Source of the DNA: a virus
Lineage: Duplodnaviria > Heunggongvirae > Uroviricota > Caudoviricetes
Strand: one strand, 5' to 3'
DNA length: 21,314 bases
IMG/VR virus record: IMGVR_UViG_2737471853_000012
Location: 1 to 21,314 of that record
Numbering within the stretch: the first letter of the stretch is position 1; each line of letters begins with the position of its first letter. A program made the translations under genes and the position numbers. Shown here piece after piece: positions 8,258-14,789 of this stretch. Under the pieces are notes generated by a model. It made no database searches. It saw only the letters and a list, made by a program, of their open reading frames with translations, and was not told where the DNA came from.

Positions 8258-8877
8258 TTGTCGGCCCCATCGCGCAGCTGCTGGGCGAATAATCTTGCTT
8301 GCTTAGCCGTGTATTTCAGCGTCTCAGAAGACTCCCCGTGATCGTAAAACTCCTCTTCATCACCAACTTTTTCTGTCATCGCTGCAAACTCTTCCACCCC
8401 ATCAGCCTTAATCCCGACTACGAAGCGATCTGTGGCGGGGGTTTCTACTGCTGTCAAATTAGCCCGGTGGTCATTCCATCCGCGCGCATATATCGGGTTT
8501 ATAGACATGCCGTCCTTCACGCAATACCGCTGTCCACCACGATTGATAACTTCAATTTCTTCCGCAACGGCTGCCTTCAGCGCCACATTCTCCGCAGACA
8601 GCTGCTCAACCTGAGACTTAAGCGCCTGAATTGCCGTATCCCGTAGAGCCCGCAACGAGCGAATTTCGTTGGCTACCGACGCAGGGCCATCCTCGCCGCA
8701 AGCTTCCATCATGGTCTTTTCCCATACAAGCTCTGCATTCAGCGCCGCATCACGCTCGCCAGCAACACGAATCGCCCAGCGCATAACGTCCAGATACTTC
8801 TGCTCTCTGATCGACAGCTCGCCTGCGCTCTCCAAGAAGGCGATGAGCTCGTTTACTGCCTGTAGTGTGATAGTCAT
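8254..8877 (-). CDS. Hypothetical phage protein with predicted coiled-coil region
   Basis: 207-aa product from internal ATG 8875-8877 (ATGA overlap with ren stop); heptad-like segment IRSLRALRDTAIQALKSQVEQLSAENVALKAAVAEE. Confidence 0.55.
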   Translation of the reverse strand: MTITLQAVNELIAFLESAGELSIREQKYLDVMRWAIRVAGERDAALNAELVWEKTMMEACGEDGPASVANEIRSLRALRDTAIQALKSQVEQLSAENVALKAAVAEEIEVINRGGQRYCVKDGMSINPIYARGWNDHRANLTAVETPATDRFVVGIKADGVEEFAAMTEKVGDEEEFYDHGESSETLKYTAKQARLFAQQLRDGADK

Positions 8878-9167
8878 GCTGATGTTCTCCCGTAAACAGC
8901 CAGTACCCGCTTCATCGCCGGGCTTTGCCGACACTCGTTAAAAATCTGATTGGTGCTCTTCCTGCCTGAAATTTCTTCTTCAGTGGCCAACCGGTAGTAA
9001 ACCGTACGCCACACCCGAGCTTCCGCTACCAGCACCCCCTGCTTTGCCAGGATATTTGCAGCCTGGTTGATGCAGGTATGCGTCATTCCTGAAGCCGCGG
9101 CGACATCTGGAGAGCTGCAGGTTTTATGCGTTTTCAGGTAGTTCAGAATTGCGTCTTTGCCTGTCAT
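8874..9167 (-). CDS. ren: Ren-like protein (lambda Ren family, associated with resistance to Rex exclusion)
   Basis: Product from ATG 9165-9167 (MTGKDAILNYLKTHKTCSSPDVAAASGMTHTCINQAANILAKQGVLVAEARVWRTVYYRLATEEE...ECRQSPAMKRVLAVYG) matches lambda Ren in pattern and lies immediately after the P-like gene, as in lambda. Identity is from memory, not a search. Confidence 0.6.
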   Translation of the reverse strand: MTGKDAILNYLKTHKTCSSPDVAAASGMTHTCINQAANILAKQGVLVAEARVWRTVYYRLATEEEISGRKSTNQIFNECRQSPAMKRVLAVYGRTSA

Positions 9168-9757
9168 CATTGCCACCTGTTCTCAAGAAGCGCCTGTCCG
9201 TTGCGAATGAGCTTGGCCTTGTCCTTCTCGCCAATCAGAAATGGCATTGGTTCGCGCAGGAATCCCGCGCGCATGTTCTGCGCATCATCCATGCCGATCA
9301 TCACCGTTTCGCACTTGCTGACGCCGGTTATCAGGTAAGAGCGGTAACGCTTTTCGAACTCGCGGGAACGGAACGGCAATTCCTCTTCGCTCATCCCGGC
9401 AAATTCAATCCACCCACCCATATCGGCAATGACCGCATGGATGATCGGATCATCAAACACAACGCTGTTGCGGCGCCCATAACTGCAGATTGCCCTGTAT
9501 GCTTTCGACCAGGCCATCAGCGCTTTGCCATCTTTGTTGCCTTCGATGTGACGAAGAAGATCCGCAGGCTTAGGGAAAAACTGGCCGTTGTCGGTATCGC
9601 GGGTATGCCCCTGGAAGGAGCGCATCACATCTTCAACCGGGTAAGGCTTGAGGGCATTCCAGTAAATACCCACCATCACCTCGGATATATCCTTTCCGTA
9701 AATCTCGCCGATCGCTGCCATGGACTGGGCGAACTTTGGTTTTTCAGAATCGTTCAT
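9167..9757 (-). CDS. Putative replication protein, P-like (helicase loader position)
   Basis: 196-aa ORF directly downstream of O with ATGA overlap; no Walker motif, so not DnaC-type. Assignment is positional. Confidence 0.45.
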   Translation of the reverse strand: MNDSEKPKFAQSMAAIGEIYGKDISEVMVGIYWNALKPYPVEDVMRSFQGHTRDTDNGQFFPKPADLLRHIEGNKDGKALMAWSKAYRAICSYGRRNSVVFDDPIIHAVIADMGGWIEFAGMSEEELPFRSREFEKRYRSYLITGVSKCETVMIGMDDAQNMRAGFLREPMPFLIGEKDKAKLIRNGQALLENRWQ

Positions 9758-10776
9758 CAGAAAAGTTCTCCTGAATCAGTGCCGCCAGCCCAGCGCTGGA
9801 GGGTTTCAAGGTTGCGAGCCGTTGTGGCTGAGTACTGGCCCTGAGCAATTGCCATTGCGTGAGCATCGCCGGCCATATCACGAAGTTTTTCGACCTGAGC
9901 AGCGTCTCGCAGGAGCGTCTCAATGCCGTCATAGCGCTTTCTGGAAGGGTTCTTTCCCATAAGCCACGGATCGCCTTTTGCGCCAGTTATGGCCCGGCAC
10001 AGCTCGTCCACAGTGAAGCCTTCCGCCAGTCGCGCCTTGATGCGCTTGCGGCGTTTGTCGTCGAGTTTTGCTGACGGGTGGTCATGTTCTTTCTGCCAGT
10101 GGGTGAAAACCAGTCTTACAGGGTCGGTCTTCGGCTGCTCCTGAATAACCGGATCGGGATCTGGTTTTCCACACTCGTCCCCAGCGGGGACTATAGGGGT
10201 TAGATCTGTTTTTATATTTGTCTTTGAAAGAATGTCTTTGGTGTTCCCTGTTTCCGGGGATACCTTTCCCTGTTTTTGGGGATGGTTATCCCTGTTTTCA
10301 GGGATGGTTGGCGCGGCTATTCTGCTATCCCTAATTTCAGGGATGGTGATAACCTGCGTTTCAACTTCAGCGACCGGAAAACTCACCGGACATTTAGGGC
10401 ATTTCGGTTTGGTATAAGCCCATGCATCCAGACAGGTGTTGATCCCGATGTATCGTGTTTGCCCAATCCTGCGAACCTTGATGATGTTGCGATAAGCAAG
10501 GCTGAGAACCGCTTCAGAAACGTGCTTAACCGCCAGCATGGTTTTGTCAGCGATGAGGCTGTTAGCGATCCGGTCTTCTTTTTTCGACCAGCCATACGTC
10601 AGGCGAACAATTGCATTCAGCACGCGAAATTCGCGCCCCGAAAGCTCCACTACACACAAGGCGTCCTGAATCTGGTTAGCAAGGCGCAGATAGCCATTGT
10701 CCAGATCAGCCATGCGACTCTCCTGCTGTACCTTTTCCGGCACAGGGAAATTGATTACTTCGGCAGTATTTGCCAT
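9757..10776 (-). CDS. O: Replication initiation protein O (replisome organiser) containing the origin iterons
   Basis: N-terminus MANTAEVINFPV...ADLDNGYLRLANQ resembles lambda O N-terminal domain; four iterons lie inside the coding region; AGGAG RBS. Confidence 0.8.
   Translation of the reverse strand: MANTAEVINFPVPEKVQQESRMADLDNGYLRLANQIQDALCVVELSGREFRVLNAIVRLTYGWSKKEDRIANSLIADKTMLAVKHVSEAVLSLAYRNIIKVRRIGQTRYIGINTCLDAWAYTKPKCPKCPVSFPVAEVETQVITIPEIRDSRIAAPTIPENRDNHPQKQGKVSPETGNTKDILSKTNIKTDLTPIVPAGDECGKPDPDPVIQEQPKTDPVRLVFTHWQKEHDHPSAKLDDKRRKRIKARLAEGFTVDELCRAITGAKGDPWLMGKNPSRKRYDGIETLLRDAAQVEKLRDMAGDAHAMAIAQGQYSATTARNLETLQRWAGGTDSGELF
10201..10343. repeat. Replication origin: four iterons plus adjacent AT-rich segment, inside the O gene
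   Basis: Palindromic iterons TCCCTGTTTCCGGGGA (10245-10260), TCCCTGTTTTTGGGGA (10267-10282), TCCCTGTTTTCAGGGA (10289-10304), TCCCTAATTTCAGGGA (10328-10343); first three at 22-bp spacing; AT-rich block at 10201-10240. Confidence 0.7.
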
Positions 10777-10861
10777 AATTACTCCTGTGAATTTGTTCAG
10801 TTAATTCGCGTAGAAAGCCGTTAGTGTTCCCGCACTGCGGCTTTCGCCCTTCTGTTTCCAC

Positions 10862-11083
10862 TCATGCTTCAAAATCACCTTTCTCTCCCGGCCTGTTAGA
10901 AATCAGGATGGCCAGCAGTAGCGACATGTTCGGCAGCAGACTTTCCCGCCAGCGACTCACCGTCGACTTATTCACTCCGGCCACTTTGGCGATATTCGTG
11001 GTTCCCAGTTCAGCTATCTGGCTGTGTAACCAGCTTTCTATCCTGCGAGCCTCCACTTTGTTGCGTGTCGTTGAACTCTCCAT
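10862..11083 (-). CDS. cII: Transcriptional activator CII
   Basis: 73-aa ORF with RIESWLHSQIAELGTTNIAKVAGVNKSTVSRWRES matching the lambda CII helix-turn-helix region as recalled; directly downstream of cro. Confidence 0.8.
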   Translation of the reverse strand: MESSTTRNKVEARRIESWLHSQIAELGTTNIAKVAGVNKSTVSRWRESLLPNMSLLLAILISNRPGEKGDFEA

Positions 11084-11114
11084 TTGTGATACTTCCTCTG
11101 GTGGTGTTTGGAAT

Positions 11115-11157
11115 GGCTGAATTACTCAGTCAGAACCCGCTGACTGCTCAATTCAGC
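11115..11157 (-). promoter_or_regulatory. Nested inverted repeat in the cro-cII intergenic region (candidate nutR/tR1-like RNA structure)
   Basis: GCTGAATT (11115-11122) pairs with AATTCAGC (11150-11157); inner CAGTCAG-aacccg-CTGACTG hairpin. No T-run follows on the minus strand, so not a classic intrinsic terminator. Confidence 0.3.
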
Positions 11158-11162
11158 TTTGT

Positions 11163-11354
11163 TTAATCAGGATTTCTGTTATGTGGGAAAGGCTTGATCT
11201 CCTCAGCCTTAATTTTTCCATCAGGCAGGGTGTTAACGAAAATCTTCCGCCCTACCCGGATAGCTTTACTAATTGCGGTCTGGTGAACGCCGATGGCATC
11301 AGCAGCTCTTGCCTGTCCAACTTCGTCAACGTATTCAGCTAAAGAAATTTTCAT
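11163..11354 (-). CDS. cro: Cro repressor
   Basis: 63-aa product from ATG 11352-11354 (MKISLAEYVDEVGQARAADAIGVHQTAISKAIRVGRKIFVNTLPDGKIKAEEIKPFP) aligns with lambda Cro as recalled; AGGAG RBS; divergent from cI. Confidence 0.85.
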   Translation of the reverse strand: MKISLAEYVDEVGQARAADAIGVHQTAISKAIRVGRKIFVNTLPDGKIKAEEIKPFPHNRNPD

Positions 11355-11383
11355 GTGGTTAGCTCCTATCAACTCATGAGTAA

Positions 11384-11452
11384 ACAATACCACAAGTATT
11401 AAACATTGCAATACCGCGAGTATTTTTAAAATAAGAACATTGGTATTACTAT
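11384..11452. promoter_or_regulatory. OR operator region with divergent PR and PRM promoters
   Basis: Two 15-bp palindromes AATACCACAAGTATT (11386-11400) and AATACCGCGAGTATT (11410-11424), plus a GGTATT half-site near 11442. Candidate PR on minus strand: -35 TTGCAA (11406-11411), -10 TATTGT (complement of 11384-11389). Candidate PRM -10 TACTAT (11447-11452) places the start at or near the cI ATG (leaderless). Confidence 0.6.
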
Positions 11453-11458
11453 TTGAAA

Positions 11459-12169
11459 ATGGAAAAGAAAAAGACACTGACATCGGCTCAGATCGCTGAC
11501 GCAGAAAGGCTGAAAGCCCTCTATGAAGCCAAGAAAAAAGAGCTTGGGATAACACAGCAATCAATAGCTGACATGCTAGACATATCTCAGGGGGGCGTTG
11601 GGCATTACTTGAATGGCAGGAATGCCCTTAATGCTGCCGTGGCTGCTGTTTTTGCCAGAGCCCTCCAGGTGGATGTCTCTGATTTTAGCCCCAGCCTTGC
11701 GAAAGAAATATCTGCAATGAGTGCTTCCGCTACATCGAATGCCAAGTATGCAGGCCAGTACACCCCAGGCATTAAATACCCTGTATTAAGCAAGATTCAG
11801 GCTGGGCATTGGTCGGAAGCGTGCGAGCCGTATGCACTTAAAGATATCGATCTATGGCTAGAATCAGACGCTCACATCCAGGGGGATGCGTTCTGGTTGT
11901 TGGTCGAGGGGGAATCCATGACTGCCCCGGTCGGGCTCAGCATACCAGAGGGTACCTACGTTTTGTTTGATACCGGCCGAGAGCCAGTAAATGGCAGCCT
12001 TGTGATCGCAAAGCTATCCGAATCAAACGAAGCGACATTCAAAAAGCTGATTATTGATGGGGGCCAGAAGTACCTGAAGGGCTTAAACCCTCAATGGCCA
12101 TTGGTTCCCATCAATGGGAATTGCCGGATCATTGGTGTGGCTGTAGAAACTAAGTTGAGACTTGTGTGA
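11459..12169 (+). CDS. cI: CI repressor (N-terminal HTH, C-terminal S24 LexA-like autocleavage domain)
   Basis: HTH segment QQSIADMLDISQGGVGHYLNGRN and S24-like C-terminus with GESMTAP and FKKL motifs; ATG at 11459 preferred over the TTG at 11453. Confidence 0.85.
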   Translation: MEKKKTLTSAQIADAERLKALYEAKKKELGITQQSIADMLDISQGGVGHYLNGRNALNAAVAAVFARALQVDVSDFSPSLAKEISAMSASATSNAKYAGQYTPGIKYPVLSKIQAGHWSEACEPYALKDIDLWLESDAHIQGDAFWLLVEGESMTAPVGLSIPEGTYVLFDTGREPVNGSLVIAKLSESNEATFKKLIIDGGQKYLKGLNPQWPLVPINGNCRIIGVAVETKLRLV

Positions 12170-12270
12170 TCAGCAGCATGCCGCGGACGTACAGGAAGCA
12201 TGGGTAGTCGGTAGTGGACTGACAAGGTGTTTGGGTGATGAGAAGATAGCAATAACTTAGAGGCTTAAAT

Positions 12271-13035
12271 GTGATCAGAATAGGAAGGTTACTACCTGGC
12301 GGCATTGCAATTGACGAAGGGCAACATCACCCGATAAAGGGCGTTGCTCTTTTGATAAAAGAAAATAGCGAACCAGAAGAGATTGTTGTTTTTGCAAAAG
12401 AAATATCTTCTAGGAGCATTTCTATAGAAATAACCTGCGCAGCCTTGGGAAGAGCTCTATCCCTGCCTATACCCGAGCCAGTACTACTGTTTGACAGCTC
12501 AAACAAAGCATTTTTTGGTAGTGTTGATGCTACCTATCCGAGTTTCATGAAGTATGTTTCTAACTCTTCAGATCAGGCCGTTTCTGATGCTTTGGCATCA
12601 TGGCCGTTATTGAAAAAAGCTAGCTATTTTGATGAGTGGATTGCGATGGATGACCGTCACAACGGAAATTTGCTTTTCAATGGTGATGGTTTCTTCCTGA
12701 TAGACCATGAATCGGCAATTCCCCAAGGTCTTGCCCCTGACCTTTTCGGGATAGATTATTACTCCAATCAATTGCTGCAGGTAGCAACTTACATACTCGA
12801 TAGAAGTAATGATATAGCCGTTCAGATGATGGCAAATGAGGCGAGAGCTTGGACCATGTCTTGCAAGAGTAACACCCTAACGCTATTAGATGGAGAGATA
12901 TCCGAAACAGTTCAAGGTAAAGAGAAAAATCAAATAATGTCTTTCCTTTCATCTAGAATTGAGTTACTAGGAGACATTCTTTATGATCAAATCAAGCCCC
13001 AACAAACACAGATGATATACGATGCTAAATCTTGA
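12271..13035 (+). CDS. HipA_C-like / kinase-fold protein in the cI (PRM) operon
   Basis: 254-aa ORF from GTG 12271 (RBS AGAGG 7 nt upstream; no in-frame ATG until residue 92). Catalytic-loop-like MDDRHNGNLLFNGDGFFLIDHESA matches the D-x-H-x-x-N ... D pattern of HipA_C/aminoglycoside-phosphotransferase-type kinases; AT-rich compared with cI. Confidence 0.6.
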   Translation: MIRIGRLLPGGIAIDEGQHHPIKGVALLIKENSEPEEIVVFAKEISSRSISIEITCAALGRALSLPIPEPVLLFDSSNKAFFGSVDATYPSFMKYVSNSSDQAVSDALASWPLLKKASYFDEWIAMDDRHNGNLLFNGDGFFLIDHESAIPQGLAPDLFGIDYYSNQLLQVATYILDRSNDIAVQMMANEARAWTMSCKSNTLTLLDGEISETVQGKEKNQIMSFLSSRIELLGDILYDQIKPQQTQMIYDAKS

Positions 13036-13903
13036 TCAGCTTCTTAAGTCAGCTCCTGCTATGCCTGCAACATCAGGGCGCTGGGCATCTGTTTATCTTG
13101 AACCAATGATCGGCTCAGGAGAGCGGCTCACGGTAGCAGTTGCCACGATAACATCATCTGGTGAAATTTTAGTTAAGCCGGCAATCAGAAAAGAAGTTAT
13201 AGAAGCTATGTATGGCTTCAAAGCACCAGCATTTATCAATGTGGTTGATCTGATTTTGTCGAGTTTGAAGTTGCATCTGGCTGCTAAGGGGGATTTCGTA
13301 TCATGGCATCCTCCAGTTACAGGCGTCACTATAAGCGCCGTAAGGAATGCTGCGTCATCAAGCCCTGTTGGCATACTCCGCCAAGCGGTATCATTGTCAT
13401 CGAGTTTGTCATCACTCCTTGAGGCTGAAGAAGATTCCGATGGGTTGCCAGCTAAGCAATCAAGAACTAAAGACAGGTGGCCAATTCAAATCTTTGATGC
13501 GGTTATCAGCGCTGACGGACGCAGGGATATTTTTTTCAATAGAAGCTTCACCTTTAGTGATGGACACAGACCGGCTAAAATTTTCTATCTAAGCGATCAT
13601 GCAGCTATCAACACCGGAAAACTGTTACCCCACAACTTGAATGAGCAGGTTAAGGATGGAAAAGCAAAAATATCTGACTTATCAATGATAAAAAGGCAAG
13701 GCGATATTTTTCCAAGAGAAACTCATCAAATGATTATCTACAAACCGGAAGATGATAGCCCTGCATACAATGATAGGCACATAGCATCAATAAATAGTGC
13801 GTACCTTTCTTTACAGGACTTGGCTAACACCTACGATGTATCAATCACTTCTGTAAGCACTGCCGAGCATGCAGCAAGGTTAATATTGCAAACTGCAGCA
13901 TAA
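13022..13903 (+). CDS. Hypothetical protein, partner of the kinase-fold protein
   Basis: 293-aa ORF whose ATG overlaps the last 14 nt of the upstream gene (translational coupling); Ser-rich middle segment; no motif recognised. Confidence 0.6.
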   Translation: MLNLDQLLKSAPAMPATSGRWASVYLEPMIGSGERLTVAVATITSSGEILVKPAIRKEVIEAMYGFKAPAFINVVDLILSSLKLHLAAKGDFVSWHPPVTGVTISAVRNAASSSPVGILRQAVSLSSSLSSLLEAEEDSDGLPAKQSRTKDRWPIQIFDAVISADGRRDIFFNRSFTFSDGHRPAKIFYLSDHAAINTGKLLPHNLNEQVKDGKAKISDLSMIKRQGDIFPRETHQMIIYKPEDDSPAYNDRHIASINSAYLSLQDLANTYDVSITSVSTAEHAARLILQTAA

Positions 13904-13910
13904 CTTTTGA

Positions 13911-13933
13911 TCCGGCCACCGCGCCGGGTTTTT
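13911..13933 (+). terminator. Intrinsic terminator closing the cI operon
   Basis: CCGGC (13912-13916) pairs with GCCGG (13923-13927) across a 6-nt loop, followed by TTTTT (13929-13933); 8 nt after the stop of the 293-aa gene. Confidence 0.5.
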
Positions 13934-13939
13934 ACTGCC

Positions 13940-14143
13940 CTACTCTTCCCTCAGCATCAGCACGTCCAGCGCCAACTCCACAGCCAGATCGACCTGGTCT
14001 TCCTGCCACAACACCTGAATCATCTCTATCAGCGCCTCTCTTGAGGGCTCGCGCTTCTCAACCAGCAGTTGCATAACCGCTATCCCGATGACCTGCGCTA
14101 TCTGCGGGTGCATTTCTGCGAAAAACTCATCCTCATTTGACAT
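13940..14143 (-). CDS. Small acidic hypothetical protein
   Basis: 67-aa ORF convergent on the cI operon, with RBS AAGGGGTG upstream of ATG 14141-14143; rich in Glu/Asp; lies between the module terminator and OL. Confidence 0.5.
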   Translation of the reverse strand: MSNEDEFFAEMHPQIAQVIGIAVMQLLVEKREPSREALIEMIQVLWQEDQVDLAVELALDVLMLREE

Positions 14144-14243
14144 GCCAACACCCCTTTATGATGTTTTTTTGAGCATAACAGCACTTTTTACAAAAATAAA
14201 TTAACTTTAAAATCATACCTTTAGTATTTTTATTAAACATAAT

Positions 14244-14285
14244 AATACTGGCGGTATTGATATAAAATAATACCAGGAGTATTAT
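14244..14285 (+). promoter_or_regulatory. OL operator pair overlapping the PL promoter
   Basis: Palindromes AATACTGGCGGTATT (14244-14258) and AATACCAGGAGTATT (14269-14283) share the AATAC-N5-GTATT pattern of the OR sites; -35 TTGATA (14257-14262), 17-bp spacer, -10 TATTAT (14280-14285), reading rightward. Confidence 0.65.
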
Positions 14286-14364
14286 CATCTCATCCAAACA
14301 ACACCGGCAACGCCGGGGTGAAGTCAAAACGTCCCGTTAGCCGCGATAAGGCAAAGGTGAAGAG

Positions 14365-14472
14365 ATGATCCGAGAACATGAGGTTCCTGCGTGGAACAGA
14401 TTCAAGGTGAAGGTGGCTCTGTTGTTGGCTTTGGTCGCATTCGTAAGCGTTCAGTGCTGGGGTGCGGTATGA
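14365..14472 (+). CDS. Small hydrophobic peptide (35 aa), first ORF of the PL operon
   Basis: Hand-translated MIREHEVPAWNRFKVKVALLLALVAFVSVQCWGAV; RBS AAAGGTGAAGAG before the ATG; stop overlaps next start (ATGA). Below the ORF-track size cut-off. Confidence 0.3.
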   Translation: MIREHEVPAWNRFKVKVALLLALVAFVSVQCWGAV

Positions 14473-14579
14473 GCAGAAACGGCATTCGCTCACTGGTTAT
14501 CGCGCTGGCCATTGGTGTGGTTTTCTGGGCTGGCCTGGCTGTCGAAATTATGCATTTCACGGGGGTGTTCAATGGTTAG
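14469..14579 (+). CDS. Small membrane peptide (36 aa)
   Basis: MSRNGIRSLVIALAIGVVFWAGLAVEIMHFTGVFNG; single TM helix; coupled to the upstream peptide. The alternative is a 62-aa ORF from GTG 14391 in the same frame. Confidence 0.35.
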   Translation: MSRNGIRSLVIALAIGVVFWAGLAVEIMHFTGVFNG

Positions 14580-14778
14580 TCATCATTACGGGACACAGAC
14601 TGTTAACCGCGGCGCCGTTCTCCCAGGGATGCTCGTTAAGCATCGGGAAAGCACCTGGACAGCATCAGCAAATAAACGCGGCCGCCTGTATCTGCATCGT
14701 GGGATTGAGCGGACTTACACAACCGACTTGCTGGTTGAAGTTTATCTGAACGGGTTGGGGCATGGACTCAGCCACTAG
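14572..14778 (+). CDS. Small early protein, possibly Kil-like (host-killing / division-inhibitor position as in Rac kilR)
   Basis: 68-aa product from ATG 14572 (MVSHHYGTQTVNRGAVLPGMLVKHRESTWTASANKRGRLYLHRG...), RBS GGGGGTG; lies just upstream of a zinc-ribbon gene and recE-like gene, as kilR does in Rac. KilR similarity is from uncertain recollection. Confidence 0.35.
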   Translation: MVSHHYGTQTVNRGAVLPGMLVKHRESTWTASANKRGRLYLHRGIERTYTTDLLVEVYLNGLGHGLSH

Positions 14779-14789
14779 CGGAGGATGTC

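Noticed and set aside
10245-10343. Regularly spaced short palindromic repeats as a possible CRISPR array
   Set aside because: Only four copies, 22-bp period, palindromic, degenerate and inside the O coding sequence; this is the iteron pattern of a lambda-type origin, not repeat-spacer architecture.
7131-10824. Plus-strand ORFs overlapping the nin, P-like and O genes (for example 7131-7667, 8299-8646, 9149-9844, 10276-10824) and minus-strand 9744-9932 and 10383-10595
   Set aside because: Shadow frames of the tightly coupled minus-strand operon; the minus-strand genes have coherent synteny and recognisable products (O, Ren, DUF551).
11605-13592. ORFs 11605-11793 (-), 12677-12952 (-), 13093-13374 (-), 13347-13592 (+)
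   Set aside because: Antisense to or out of frame with cI and the two module genes, which have better start contexts and coupling.
14290-14365. A lambda N-like antiterminator gene and nutL immediately downstream of PL
   Set aside because: No Arg-rich N-like ORF is present; the leader has only a short CCGGC/GCCGG hairpin that does not match the cro-cII structure, so no nut site is claimed.
14133-14493. Minus-strand ORFs 14133-14327 and 14290-14493
   Set aside because: They run through the OL/PL operator-promoter region and antisense to the first PL-operon ORFs; the first is an AT-rich chance frame and neither has an RBS.
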